Shown: positions 13,600 through 27,789, numbered from the stretch's first letter. The stretch is DNA of 64,000 nt from Octopus bimaculoides (GCF_001194135.2 NC_068987.1:13777534-13841533), one strand, 5' to 3'. Notes: generated by a model not told the origin, from the sequence alone. Program-made: numbers and translations.

Positions 13600-14300
13600 A
13601 CATTAAAACATCTGATGTCAAATAAGTCAGCAGTGCTCAAAACAGCTTTGCCAAAATGTCTCATACCTACCGTGAGACACATGGCAGCCATCATCCTCCA
13701 GTGTCTAATCTGCCACAGTTTTACTGCTCTTTTCCAACTGATCCTTATACATTTAAGGTCTTCCAGGATTGTTCCTTTTTTTGTTTTCTTTGTAATAGTC
13801 TCTCTGTCATTTGCAGTCTTTGTATGCTGATACAAAATATTACCTGCCAGGTGAAGTGGATGGAGGACACTGGAGAAGTACAATGGAAAGGCTTTGGGAT
13901 TTGGCCTTTTTCAATGACATTGCACTCCTGACAAAAATAAGAGCTGGTCTACAAGAACTATCAAGCTCAAAGAATAATCAGGAAAAAAAAATTAAGCTTG
14001 GAATTAGCTGTGAAAAGACCAAGATGATACTGATTACTACAGCAACCTAACCTTCCATTTTTGTCAGACAGCAAGTTGTGTGGAAGATGTGAACAATTTC
14101 TCCTATCTTGGCAACGTTATCTGCAGTGATGGAAGTATAGATAGCGATGCAAAACGGAATTGGCAAAGCAGAAGCTGTATACTCCAGCATGTTTGACCTA
14201 AACTGAGCAACAACATGATTTGGCTATATAGTGCAGTATGAATGTGAGAAGCATTAACAATATCTCCAAAACACATGATAGCTGAGTCAAATTTGTAGGA
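13600..14300 (+). mobile_element. RTE-like LINE reverse transcriptase fragment, decayed
   Basis: LWDLAFFNDIALL (degenerate FADD motif), GLQEL, KLGISCEKTKMI, EDVNNFSYLGNVICSDG. Confidence 0.75.
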
Positions 14301-14762
14301 AATTTCAATAAGCTCAGTCACTGTGGGAAGCAAAGAATCTAATTTTTTTGAGCTCTTGCCTTTTACCTAAGAATGAGAAGATAAATGGTGTTGACTGATG
14401 CTTTGCTTATTAGCTAGTAAAATTTAGTTTATGGTGGTGTACATGATTCTTTTATTTAAAATTCTAATTATTATTATTATTATTGTTTATGCCCTAAACA
14501 AGCAAGCACAAGTAGAACCCTTTTTAATCTTTTTTCATTTATACTTCATTAATGCGATTGTTTATTTTTAGACTGACATTGTAGGGTAGGTGTGAAAGGC
14601 TGGATTTAGCCAGTTTGAACTTAAAACCAGTAGAATGTTTTAGCCAAATATAGCTGGTTTAAATCCAAAAGGGTCAAATACTGCTTTAATAACAATGTAT
14701 TTGTTTAATCCAAGGGGGAGAGGGGAATGTATGTCAAAAAGACTAAATTCATTGAGTTAGGG

Positions 14763-15528
14763 CAATGGTTCGTAACCAAGTCCATACAACCCCTGAGAGT
14801 CCATGTAAGATTTTTGTGAGGCCACACAAGCAGAATAGTAAATTGGGGATCCACAGGTGTATTTTAAGGGTCCATGAAAAGATGTTACTTTGGATGTATT
14901 TATTGTAAGAAACAGCCAAGTTTCTTTCTCTGTTGTTTTTCATAGTTCAGCTTTACACAAGTTGACATAGGAAAAACAAAATAAGAAATTTGAAAGAAGT
15001 AACTATAAAAGTAGTTTTTAAGCATTGAATGGCTATGGGAGTCCACCAGAATAGAATTGTAATCAAAAGGGTCCATAAGGGCACAGGAGTGGCTGTGTGG
15101 TAAGTAGCTTGCTTACCGACCACGTGGTAAGTAGCTTGCTTACCGACCACGTGGTTCCGGGTTCGTTCCCACTGCATGGCACCTTGAGCAAGTGTCTTCT
15201 ACTATAGCCTCAGGCTGACCAATGCCTTGAGTGGATTTGGTAGACGAAAACTGAAGGAAGTTCGTCATATATATGTATTTATATATATATAGATCTGTGT
15301 TTGTCCCCCCACCATCGCTTGACAACCGATGGTGGTGTGTTTACCTCCCTGTAACGTAGCGGTTCGGCAAAAGAGACCGATAGAATAAGTACTAGGCTTA
15401 CAAAGAATAAGTTCTGGGGTCGATTTGCTCGACTAAAGGCGGTGCTCCAGCATGGCCGCAGTCAAATGACTGAAACAAGTAAAAGAGAAAAGAGAGAGTA
15501 AGTAAAAAAAAATGGTTAAGAACTACTG
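14763..15528. mobile_element. hAT MITE interrupted by a SINE
   Basis: TIR-like ends CAATGGTTCGTAACC / GGTTAAGAACTACTG; TSD agttaggg / agttagag (7/8). Confidence 0.7.
15080..15500 (+). mobile_element. Full-length tRNA-derived CORE-like SINE
   Basis: A-box-like GGCTGTGTGGTAAG, B-box GGTTCGTTCCC, core gcaccttgagcaagtgtcttc, internal microsatellite and 3' module ending gaaacaagtaaaag; near-identical to 51234-51640. Confidence 0.85.
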
Positions 15529-17234
15529 AGTTAGAGTTAGAATTTTGTGTTGAAGCTATATTCTGTTTGTTTGCTAATTGCCTTTAAACAGATGAAAAAC
15601 ATCAGAGCTTAGATTTAAAGTTCATTTCTTACAAGCCAACTATTCCATCTCAATAGATTTAGGGGTGAACATTGCTTTTCACCCTTCTGAGGTCAATGAA
15701 ATGAAGTATCTATCAAGTACTGGGTATTCAACTTTATCAATTAATACCCTCTCCAGAAATCTGTGGTCATGTGCTAACGATAAGGAATATTATTCATAGG
15801 TTCTTAACCATTTTATCCAGCAAGTTAATTCCTCACACGCATTAACTGTTAGTAGGATTAATATCTTAACTATTTATCAGTAAATAGAAATTTCAAAATT
15901 CCAGTTTTTTAAACTCCTGTCAAAACTGTAATATTTTTTATTTCTTTTGTTAATTTATTAAAGAAAATATTTTTTTTCTTATAGAAAAGCTAAATTGCTG
16001 ACTGAGTGAAATGTGAAGAAATATAATCTTGTATAAATTACTCTCTCTACATGAACTTCCAATATTTTAAATATTTGTACTAAGATTTTTAATTTTCTGT
16101 ATATTAAGCTCAAGTTTTTTTTATATATATATATGACTGATTTCAGTTGATAAATGTTAAACAAAGAAAAAAAAGTTGCTCTTGTTTCTCAGTTTCAAAA
16201 ATTACAGTTCTTTGTATATAAAATATATTTATCAACAAGATTTCTTACACTATTTGTAGTTTTAGATTTTTTTTTTTTTTTTTGTCCTTCTGAGATACCC
16301 TTTTCAGTTGTAAAAACAAAAAAAAATGTTTATTATTTTTCTGATATTTCATCTCCCTCTCACTCATACTCCCTCTCTCTCCTTCATCCTTTTACTTGTT
16401 CCCTTCCTACTGTACCTCTCTCTCTTGCTATGTATTCTTTCCTTCTGCTTTCTTTACTTATTTTTTCCCCTCTTCTTCTCCCTTCCCATAATGACAATCA
16501 ACAAGAGTATTAAGAAGTCATATTCACTAATATTCCACTTAACCATGTAATATACAAATGCCTCAAGTTCTCTTAGTTTATTGTGAAATAAAGACTACAC
16601 TCACTATAAGTATTATATATGTCTGTTCAAAACATTTGCATTTCAATGCAACTGCACCTCATATTAATTCTGAATTCCTCCTCTTTAAAAGTAGGGGTTT
16701 TTTTTTCTTTTGGTGTGGGGGAAGTAATTGTATTGACTTATGTTTTTATAGATTTTTTTTCTTTGCTTTTAAAAGCTTCTCGTGTTGAATATATTAACAC
16801 TTAGCTATTGTTTTTCATGCAGATGGCATCTCCGAGTTATTTAGTCTCTAAACAATTTTTTTTTTCATGCCAGCCTGTGTACAATCTTATACATCTACTT
16901 AGTGGTTATTCCATTATTACTTCAGCAAATGTGAAGGCATGTGACCAAATGATTAGGGTGTTGGGCTCATGATCATCAGGTTGTTGGTTCAAATCCTGGA
17001 CAGGGCAGTGCATTATATCCTTGCACAAGGTACATCATTTTGTATTGCTCTACTCTACTGTGCTGGTGCGCTTCTCTCTCTCTCTCCCTCTGGTTGTTAT
17101 ATCCCACATATTCTATTGGCTCAAAGTGGGTTGCCAGAGAGCATGTCCATCATCATCATCATTGTTTAACATCCACTTTCCATGCTGGCATGGGTGGATA
17201 GTTTGACAAGGAGCTGGCTAGCTATTATGTACAT

Positions 17235-17365
17235 CAGTGGTCCGCAAAGGTAGGACTGGGGGTCTGTGAACATGTTAAGCTGACAGACTTTCCAATATCC
17301 TTGGGTCCAGGGAAAACTCATTTAAATGAGAGGGACCTTAGTAGTGAAAAATTTGGGAACCACTG
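17235..17365. mobile_element. Short hAT MITE
   Basis: TIRs CAGTGGTCCGCAAA / TTTGGGAACCACTG; perfect 8-bp TSD atgtacat. Confidence 0.85.
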
Positions 17366-18811
17366 ATGTACATGTATGCTAAGTATACCACAAATATATA
17401 TTTTGCATATTCTGCATATAATTCTGGCGGGGGGAGTCCAAATGTTAAATCCAATTTTTGATTCTTCAACTGTAAGTGAAATAGAATTTTTAACTAAACC
17501 TAAAAAAAGTGAAAAATATGTCACAGGCAATTTAGAGTTTAATTCTCAGACCAGAGGAAATCAGATATGCCCTAAGCCGTCAGATTAGTCTGGCTAATAT
17601 ATATATATATATATGTGCGTGTGTGTGTGTTTTCTTTTCTAATAATGTTTGTATCGTGGTCCTCAATCATTACCCTCTTTGACTGGATGGCATTTTAAAC
17701 TTCCCTTCTACTTTGCCAGAAAAAAAACCTAAAAACTACTGCAGACTATTTTAATCAAATAGAAACTGATTTCACACAGTGATTTATGGTCCGTATTTTC
17801 TTATATAATCTCCCTGTGGTATGTGTCTCGTTTTACATATTTGTGTTGATTTATGCCGTTAAATTTTCCTCATCATCATTATCATCCACTTTTCCATGCT
17901 TACATGGGTCAGGTGGTTTATTGAGGTAGATTTTTCCACAGCTGGATGCCCTTCTTATTGCCAACCCTCACCTATTTCCAAGCAAGGCAATATTTTCCTA
18001 AGGCCAGGTATGTTTTTTGCATAAGACTGGAAATGAATGACACTGCTTGTATAACAGTGACATTTATTTACAGCAGTCACATAATATCAAAACAAGGGGA
18101 CACACTCAAATCCATCCATCCATCCATCCACACATGCATGCACACATTGAACAGCCTTCTTTCAGTTTCTGCCTACCAGTCCCAGGACTTATTTTTAATC
18201 TTGTACTTATTCCATCAGTGTTTTTTGCCACACCATTTAGTTACATGGAAGTAAACAAACCAACACTGGTTATCAAGTGGTGGTGAGAAACAAACACTCA
18301 CACACACACATATATATGATAGGCCCTTTTCAGTTTCTGCCTACAAAATCCACTAACAAGGCTTTAGTTGGTCTGGGGTTATAGTAGAAGACACTTGTCC
18401 AAGGTGCCTTACAGTGAGATTGTACCCAAAACCACCATGTGCTTGGGAGACAAGCTTCTTAACCATGCAGAAAGTTCTTGAACACGGTCAAAATATATTT
18501 TTTAATTTTCTTTGAAAAAAATTAATCATCTGTAAAAAATCTTTTACAAAACCAGATTAACATAGACTAAGGTTTTTCATCAAATCTGTCGTCATATTTT
18601 TATTTTAAGATAGTTTTTTGAAGAATGTTTTTTTCTAAAATTCTACACGTACGTACATGCTTACATGCATACATATATGTGCACACACACACACACACAA
18701 TGACTGGCATTTATGGCAACAAATACAAACAGATGTGATAATAAATGACAACCACAGAATATTTGAATTGAGCCAATAAATATTATATTAAATCTAAAAG
18801 TACATGGTATT

Positions 18812-18821
18812 NNNNNNNNNN
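18812..18821. other. Assembly gap (10 N) at a (TA)n tract
   Basis: Run of N. Confidence 1.
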
Positions 18822-18880
<59 letters not shown>

Positions 18881-19325
18881 CACACACATACACTATATAT
18901 AGTTGCCTAGATATTTGACCATATACATACATTAATTATGGTCATATCTACAAATACACACACAGAATTATTTTCGGTTGACAAAGAGTATTACTGTTGA
19001 GATTTATTTATTCATTCAGTTTTACATCCCTCCTGTGTAATATACACCATTGACGGTGTAGTTCCTGTAAACATCTTAAACCTTAGGAATCTTTTTTTCA
19101 ATTCACCTCTGCCGATTTCTTCCTCGTTCTCACTCCCCCCCCCACACACACACACACACCTATTGTTTCCTTCTATAGAATTGTGTATTTTAGTTATTTT
19201 TCACTACTAGTGTTTCTAAAAATAGCAAAACCAATTTCACAAGATTCCCAATGTGAATGTCACTTCATCGTTACATGAATTGACTGGTAGGGCGGTGATA
19301 GGTGTTTATCGGGTATTGAAATAAA

Positions 19326-19364
<39 letters not shown>

Positions 19365-19674
19365 GGGTAGTTTGCATACGATGATGTAATAATGATTTTT
19401 TTTTAATCCCTGAAAAAAAGAAATTACATATACACACACACACACACTCATATGTTTACATACATGCACACAATCATCCATACATATATATGCCCGTATA
19501 CTCTGTCTTTTACTGATATATGTATATTACTGTTTCTTTACTATATATATATATATTTCTATTTTTATTTTATATTTATGTGTATAATTATATATATGCA
19601 TGTATATGTGTGTCTGTATAGCTAATACAGCTTTACACTTCATAAAATCTAGACCTTGTCTATTCTTTCTTTTT

Positions 19675-19711
<37 letters not shown>

Positions 19712-20301
19712 CCAAGAGATGGGATTTCTCTTTCTTATTTCCTTCTTTTAAAGAATTTCTTCATTTCTCCATTTGCTTGTTAGTTTGTTTATGCATTTCT
19801 TACATTGACAATCATATGACAATTGAGCATATGTTGTGTTGATAGAAAACAATGTTCAACTGGGAAAGAGATAGCTGTTGTCAAGTTTGAAAATGATGTC
19901 AACCAAAAGGAACCACCAGCACCAGCACCACCACAGCCACAGCCCTCTCCACCCCTCACCCCTATTCTCTACAACAGGTTCTCCTGTTCCTGATGACACC
20001 ACTGCCATCAGCCAGTAGTTAAACATGTATGTCGAAACATCTAATTACATACATGCTCACCACATGCTCTCCCCTCCCCATATCAATACTTGTTGCCTCA
20101 TCGCTAACCTTTCTCATTTCTTTGATTCCCTGTGTACGTATGTATGTGCTTGTCTGTGTACGTATGCCTATGCAATGCTGTTTACATCCCTATTAGGCTC
20201 ACATACACATATACACGCTCGCATACATTCATATAAACTTTCTCAAAATAATCGACACACCCCTCTCTTTTTTTTCTTTTGTCTACCTGTTTTTACTTTT
20301 A

Positions 20302-20340
<39 letters not shown>

Positions 20341-21549
20341 TTTACTTTCACTTTATTGAACAGCCAGCTTTTAGGCACGCGCGTACACACTGATACATAC
20401 ATGTGCAGATGTTCAGGTTCGTTTTATTAACTACCCCCCTCCACTCTTGCTCTCCCTGTCTATCTCTCTCTCTCTATCTCTCTCTCTCTCTCTCTCTCTT
20501 CCTAGCACATGATTACGTAATGCTGACATCATCTTGCAACACAGACCCATAGATGCATGCAGTTGTGGCTGGGCTGTATCAAGTCACTGCTGTACATAAC
20601 ATTAACTAAAAATTGAGCATTCAGTCACTTAACAAAATATAGTCTCGCTCTTCTTGCAGACTCTTGTACTATAATGCACTCTTCCGAACCACTTCATGCT
20701 AGTCATCTATCTGCATATCAGTGAGAAGGGCTGTTTGTTTGTTGTTCGTTCTTGTTAATCAAAATCCATCTATTGATAACCAAAATGCTGAAGTTAAATA
20801 CATAAATATAAAGAAAACATTGTAAAAGGAAAAAGATGCCAAGCACATTCTATTAACGATTTTTAGCATCAAAATTATTTGCTTGGGTGTGTGGTTGGTA
20901 GTTTATTAATTTTTTTGAAAATTTAATTTTTTTTTTTTTTTTTTTCCCTTTATCTCATACACAGTATATTCAGTGCAAAATAAAAGGTACCCCATTGCAT
21001 CAGAAGGGGAGCAGATTTGTGATGCCCTCCCCACTCCTACATGTTTTGATTCCTCTCCTTGATAAATTATTGGTTATTCTTTATTCTGCTTATAATCTAT
21101 CCCCCCCCTCACTCTCTCATTATTATTACCATTATTATTATTTAAGCGGTGAGTTCATTGAATAGGAAGAGTGACAGACAAAATGTCTTTCTGTATTTTG
21201 GATGCTTTCCTCCCTTTATGTTCCAAGTTCAAATCCTGTTGAAGTCAACTTTGACTGTTATCCTTCTGGAGTGGTCAGGTGTTGGTTTCATATAATCAGT
21301 TATGCACCCACTAAATTTGAAGCCTTTGTACCTTTGCAGAATCAGCAGAGCATCAAACCAAATCCTTGTATTCATTTCAGCTTTTTTACATTTTTGAATG
21401 CAAATTTCACTTAGGTTAACTTCACCTTATGTCCTCCTGGAGTTGATAAAATATGGGATATACCAAATACTAGAGTCAATTTCATCAACCAATCCCCAAT
21501 TTTCAAGTTTTGTACTTCAGCTATTATTATTACGATCATCATCATCATC

Positions 21550-21589
<40 letters not shown>

Positions 21590-21591
<2 letters not shown>

Positions 21592-22290
21592 GCAGTGAGC
21601 TAGCAGAATCATTAGCATGCCGGACGAAATGCTTAGCAGTATTTTGCCCATCACTATGTTCTGAGTTCAAATTCTCCAAGGTCGGCTTTGCCCTTTGCCT
21701 TTTGAAAGAAACACAGAGCATCTCAAAATAAATGAAAGGGTTAAGGTCAACTTCACCTGTTATCCTTTCAGGGTTGATAAAATAAGTACCAGTTAAGCAC
21801 TATGATCGATGTAATCAACTAGTCCCCACCACCACCACCACCACCACCAAATTTCAGGCCTTGTGCCTTTAGTAGAAAAGATTATCATTATTATTAAGGG
21901 GGAAAGCTAACAGAATTGTTTGTTCATAGACAGAATGCTTAGCAGCATTTCTTCCATCTTTTTACGTTCCTAGTTCAAATTCCACCAAGGTTGACTTTGT
22001 CTTTCATCCTACCAGGGTTGATGATATAAGTTCCTGTTGAGCACTGGGTTTGATGTAATCAACTAGCCTTCTCCCTCCAAATTTCAGGCTTTGTTCCTAT
22101 AAAAAGATTATTATTGGTGGATTAGCAGATTCATTAGTGTCAAACAAAATCCTATCAAGACCAACTTTGCCTTTCGTCCTTTCAGGGTCGATAAATTAAG
22201 TACCAGTGAAGCACTGGTGTCGATGGAATTGACTAGTCCACTCTCCCAAAACTTCAGGCCTTGTGCCTTTAGCAGAAAGGATTGTTATTA
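21590..22290 (+). mobile_element. Chain of several head-to-tail SINE copies and fragments
   Basis: Repeated gttcaaat...gactttgcctttcatcc...aagtaccag...aatttcaggccttgtgcc units separated by (ATT)n. Confidence 0.7.
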
Positions 22291-23029
22291 TGATTATTGA
22301 TATCGGTAGTAAGAAATTCTCAAGAGAACCAAACAGCAGAAGGTCTTCAGAGAAGAAACCCACCTCGGGCAAGTGTTTGGCCCTTAACTTCTTACACTCT
22401 AAGGGAGCTGGACCGCACCCTTCTGCTGATACTTTTTTGCTACTTGGAAAAAGAAGAAAAAAAAGGAATCATTAGAGCATCAGAAACAATGCCTTATGAT
22501 ACTTAATTACAGACTTTTAAGTTCTAAGTTCAAATCCAGTCAGTTTCATCTTTCCCTTTTATTGTTCCTGGGTCAATAAAATAAGTGCCAGTCAGTACTG
22601 GGGCTAATATAAGCAACTGTATCCTCCTATCAAAATTTCTAGCCTTGTCTCTGTGCAAGAAATCGTTTTTTTTTTTTATTGTTAATCATATACAGTATTA
22701 TCACTATTTTAATATATATATATTGATGGGTCAGTTGGTAATATTGGCTAAATAATTGTATTTCGGCCGTTACTGCTTCTTATCTGTTGCTACAGTTTAC
22801 TTCACTTCCTGGCTGAATAAACGTTTGTATCTAACTTCATTATTTGTGTACACATGTACACATCTATCTTTTGCTTAATAATTAACATTCTCTTTTTTTG
22901 TTGTTTGTTTTAAACTCAGCAGGTTAGATTTTGTCGGTTTTTTTTTTTGGTTTTTTTCCTCCAGCTTTCCTCCTATGCATTTTTGGGGCGAACAAATATA
23001 TTCAGATCAGATATGGGGGACATGTGTCA

Positions 23030-23540
23030 TTGCAATGTGTCACTGTATCCACCGGTCATCCCAGGCAAATCTCCTAGCAGTGTCCCGGTCAGTCCCCATC
23101 TCCGCAAGATATATCCCCATCCACCATCCATGACCATGAGGCATGTGGCCAACCAACACAAGCCACCACTCCAACTGGATCCTCAAAGAAGCGAACACAG
23201 TACACAGGATCTAGCTCAGAAAATCAAACAATAAATGCTACATGGCAACCCTGCTTGTGTTGAAGCCATAATAAAATATAACTACCACAGTCTGTAAAGT
23301 GGTTAGCAAACAAGTGGAGATTACATAGGGTCTAAAAGCTTTCTTTAGTCTTGTCAAGGACACAACTACCTTTCTAGTGTAAGTGCTATGATAAAATATG
23401 CCCTTTCTAATGCCAACCACTTTACAGCACTGGTGTTTTTTTTTACATAGCACCAACAGGGTTGCCAGGTAACTTGCAAGAGAAATAGCCCTTGACTGGA
23501 AGAGGGAGGTGGCTTTGTAATGGTTGAGAGGTTAAAGTAT
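23030..23540 (+). mobile_element. Penelope-like retroelement fossil (RT C-terminus to GIY-YIG region)
   Basis: PHLRKIYPHPPSMTMRHVAN resembles the PLE linker (L..IFP.PP..A.R...NL); frameshifted TTVCKVVSKQVEIT, NHF and LARE resemble GIY-YIG motifs. Confidence 0.5.
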
Positions 23541-25636
23541 AATAGAGGGTTAGAGATGTCTTACTACAGAAGAAGTACGTAGCTTTCCCGATAGGAAAAG
23601 GAGAGGAAAGAGCGAGAGTTAGATAGATACACTTATTAAATTGGGAGAGAAATAGATGGTGTTGGAGATGCATTAGGACATACCCACAAAGTACAGTGGG
23701 TGGGGAACATAAATAGTACAAAGAGGATACAGGGTTTCATAAGAGTGTATGGGAAGATGTCTGGAGAGGAAGCCTTCATTTATTTTTTCACTTTTTCAAA
23801 GACATGCACAAACTAAGGCAGATGACACTGACAGGTTAGAGTTGTATGAGATATTTATTTTACGGCCTTACATTTCTGAATTGAAATACTATCAAGCATA
23901 TCTTTAGCATTCGCTGTCATTATTTTGTGGTTGAATGAAATAAGGTGAACTTGAGTAACCGGCGCTTTACAATTTAATTTAAGTGTTGATAGTAATACAG
24001 TGTCTTTTTTTATGACTTGTCAGTTCAAAAGATATTTTGTATGTTAGATAAACTGAAGTAGAGTTTTTCTTTGTCAAGGTTTGTCATTATTGGGGCACAA
24101 ATATTTTTAATAATTGCTGCATGAGAACAGGTGAAAAAGCTTTATGCTTAGAAGATGTTGAGACAGTTCAGAGAACGACCATAAAAACTTCATGGTGCAT
24201 TTATGTAAATAAGAGAATTTTTCTGGAGAAAACTAAACTTCACAGCATTTGTAAAATATTTTAATTCAACAAAAATATTTTCTGGGCCATCGTGTACGAA
24301 AAAATGGGGACACATTACTTACCTGACAACTGCTGTCTTCTCTAACCTAATTAATGGTGGATGTGAGTGCTTTGAACTCATTGTAGCCAGAGTAAAAGCA
24401 AGATGGAAAAATTTCAAAGAGCTATTACTCCTCTTAGCAGCAATAGGATTCTCTCTCTCTCTCTCTCTCTCTCCCTCTCTCCCCCCTCTCTCTCTCTGTT
24501 GTATTGTGCTTGTGTAAAAAATGTGACAGTGTATAGTAGTGAAGTATTGATTTCAAATTTCAGCACAAGGCCTGCACAAGTGCTCAACTGGTATTTATTT
24601 TATCAATCCAAAAAGATGAAAGGCAAAGTCAACTTCAGTGGGATTTGAACTCAGAACATAAAGACGGATAAAATGTCACTAAGTATTTTGCCTGGCTTGC
24701 TAATGGTTCAGCCAGCTCACTGCCACAGTAGCGAAATATTTATTTCGAACTTTAGCTTTAAGGCCAGCAATTCCGTGGAGGGGGATTGTCAATTATATTG
24801 ATGCCAGAACTCAACTGGTACTTATTTTTATCAACATCAAAAGGATGAAAAGCAAAGTCAAACTCAGCAGAATTTGAACTCAGAACATACAGATGAACAA
24901 AATGCTGCTAAGCATTTGCCCGGTGTGCTAACGATTCTGCCAGCTCACCACCCTATATAGTAGTAAAATATTAACATTGAATTTAGAAGATGTATAAAGG
25001 TTGAAAATAAATCAGGTGAGTATGCTCTACCCATGTCCATGCGCCATGAATAACAGCAAAAATGGGCTTGGGGAAAATACTGGGTGTAAAATGAACCTTC
25101 TGCATTGTACAACAGTGTAGACTTAAACTGTGCTGATATGCAAATTGGATGCATGTAGAAGATAACAGGTAAAACTAGTGCCAAGTGGAAGGAGTCTGAA
25201 GCTGAGGAAGACTAAGATATGGGTGAAAGCAGATCTCTGATTGCTGAACCTCATGAAGATGACAATGGACTACAGTAAGCTGTGAGATGCCATGCTGGAC
25301 AAAACCCATTCAACTTATGCAAGCATTGAGAAACATAAGATGATGATGATGATGATGACAACGATAATGTCGTCATCACTGTCATCTCTATATATTCTGA
25401 ATTTAAATTTTGTTGAGGTTGTCTCTGCTTTTCATTTCCTTGATGTTGAGGAGATAAGTAGCAAGCAGTGACCACGCTCTTCTATAACTATTTGTTGAAC
25501 TTGGGGTAATTCAAGAAATCATTATGTTTATGGATGTAGAAAGTGCTAATTAAGGAAATGTTCGTTATTTTGTCAAGAGCATTGGAGTTGGTACTAAACA
25601 GAAGTGCTTGAATTGCACTTATTGTTGTAGTGTATG

Positions 25637-25837
25637 CTATATTTGATGGCATAAAAGAGGCTTGAACATATTAGACATATCCCAATCTCAGTAGTGCATA
25701 TTCAAGAAAAAAGTTTTTAGTGTATCAAAGCATGTAATATAAGGCCCAACTTTGCAAAAGGACCCAAGGTGAGTTTTTTTTATTTTTTAAGACTTTTTTC
25801 TTTGTAGGGAGTGCATCTTATATGCCATCAAATAAGG
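25637..25837. mobile_element. pogo/Tigger-like MITE
   Basis: TIRs CTATATTTGATGGCATA / TATGCCATCAAATAAGG followed by TA. Confidence 0.55.
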
Positions 25838-27789
25838 TAGTCTTGGACCTAAAAGTTGCAAGTTCAAACTGCACCGGGGAAGACTTTGCCTTTCATCTCA
25901 CCAGGAGTCAGTGATCAATAGAATAGGCTCTGTTTAACATACTATGGTGAAATTATTTCACTATACTGTCTTCCCTTACAAGATTGGCATTGTGCCTAGT
26001 CAATCAGAAAGGACATTACTGAGAGGAAAAATATATTGGCTTGATATCATTAAAAATAAATAAATTCCTATTATCAGAAACCTTTCAGTATAATATTTTA
26101 TGTAAAAACAAAAATGAAACAAAATTTCATTGCTTCATAGATTTTAGGTCAACCAGATAATAACAACAACATTATTATATTCGTTTATTTGGTTAGTACA
26201 TTTTGTATTTGTGTTACTGCTCTAAACCCTGTTCTTTTACCAACCATAAAAGAATGCTGAATTCAATGACCTGAGTAAAACATGAGAATTTCGAAATAGC
26301 TCTTTCTTTGTTTAAACATTGGGAATTATTTAAATTAAATTATATCAGAAAGCAATGTTCATTGTTACCAGTAAGACATTAACTGACAATCATATGAATT
26401 TGATTTCAGTGTTTATCTGGAAATGAAATTTTTATCTTTTGTATCTCCTATGTGTCCTTTAGAGAAAATTGCTGAAATTGCTTAAAAAAAAAATTAATAA
26501 TTTCTCCCTTTAGTCCTATAGTTTTTCAAGGTAAAACTCTATATTCAAGAATAATGTGTATTCAGTTAAATTACCTGGTTTAATATTGTTGTCGATAGTA
26601 TTTTATTTCATAACTTATTTTATAAATCCACAACTGAAGAAAATAAAGCTGACAGTTGACCTTAACAATATTATTGAAAATTATTACCCATCATCGTCAT
26701 TTAATGTCTACTCTTCTGTGCTTGCAATGAGTCACACGGAATTTATTCAGGCAGATTTTCAATGGTTAGATGTCTGTCCTGTCACCAACCCTTTCCTGTT
26801 TTCAAGTAAGGTAATATTTCCCCATTGCTGGACCTTTTTCACTGAAGTCTGGAAACAAACAACACACTCAGTTATAACTATCACAAGATGTCAAGACAAG
26901 GGTATACCCTAACATATATATGTGCAATGGGCTCCTTTCAGTTTCTATCTATCAAATACACTCACAAGGCTTTGGTCAGCCTGGAGCTATGGTAGAAGAC
27001 ACTTGTCCAAGGTGCTGTGCACTGAGACTGAACCTGAAATCATGTATTTGGGAAGCAAACTTCTAAAATCACACATTTAGGAGGGAGAGCAGAAACCATA
27101 ACTTTTTCAAGGCCTCCAAGATAAGTGGAAGAAAGGGTCAGAGGGTATTCTCAAGCTGGAGATCTGGCCCAAGGACTTACCACAAAGGGAACTTCTGTCT
27201 AAGATGTCAGGTAGTGGTGTTGAATAAGATGACTAAGTTTATCACCCAAGTAGGTGATGGCAGGATTTGAACTCAGAACACAGAACAGGAACAAGTATCA
27301 CAAGGCATCTGGTCAGACATTCTTACACTTCTATTAGTCAAATCTCCTGGGCTGGTACTCTTTTCATCAGCCTCTGAAAGAATGAATGACAAACTTGATG
27401 TTGGCAGCATTTGAACTCAGAACGAAGAGATTCAGAACATGTAAAGTAAGGCATTCTATCCACTACTCTAACAACTCAGCTATTTCTCTGTCCATTGTGA
27501 AGTATTGGAGTAGATGCTAGAAAGGAAGTTATCAGGCTTCCCCAGCATTTTTCCATAAGAGTAGGTTAATATTTCGTACTTCGTTTTATCTCTTTGCCAT
27601 AAGTATTCTCTATCATGTTACTCTTACACCTAGTGTATACATTGTTAGTACAGTTGTATCAACTGTTGCATAGATTATACACTGATATGTGAATCAGATT
27701 GTGTATAGTTCTATATTCAAGAGATGAGGGATTATTTACATTATTTACACTCGATGGATATTTGTCCTCATCTTGTTTGTTCTTAACAC

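Noticed and set aside
19850-19985. Proline-rich open frame (KEPPAPAPPQPQPSPP)
   Set aside because: Low complexity, weak splice sites and no homology.
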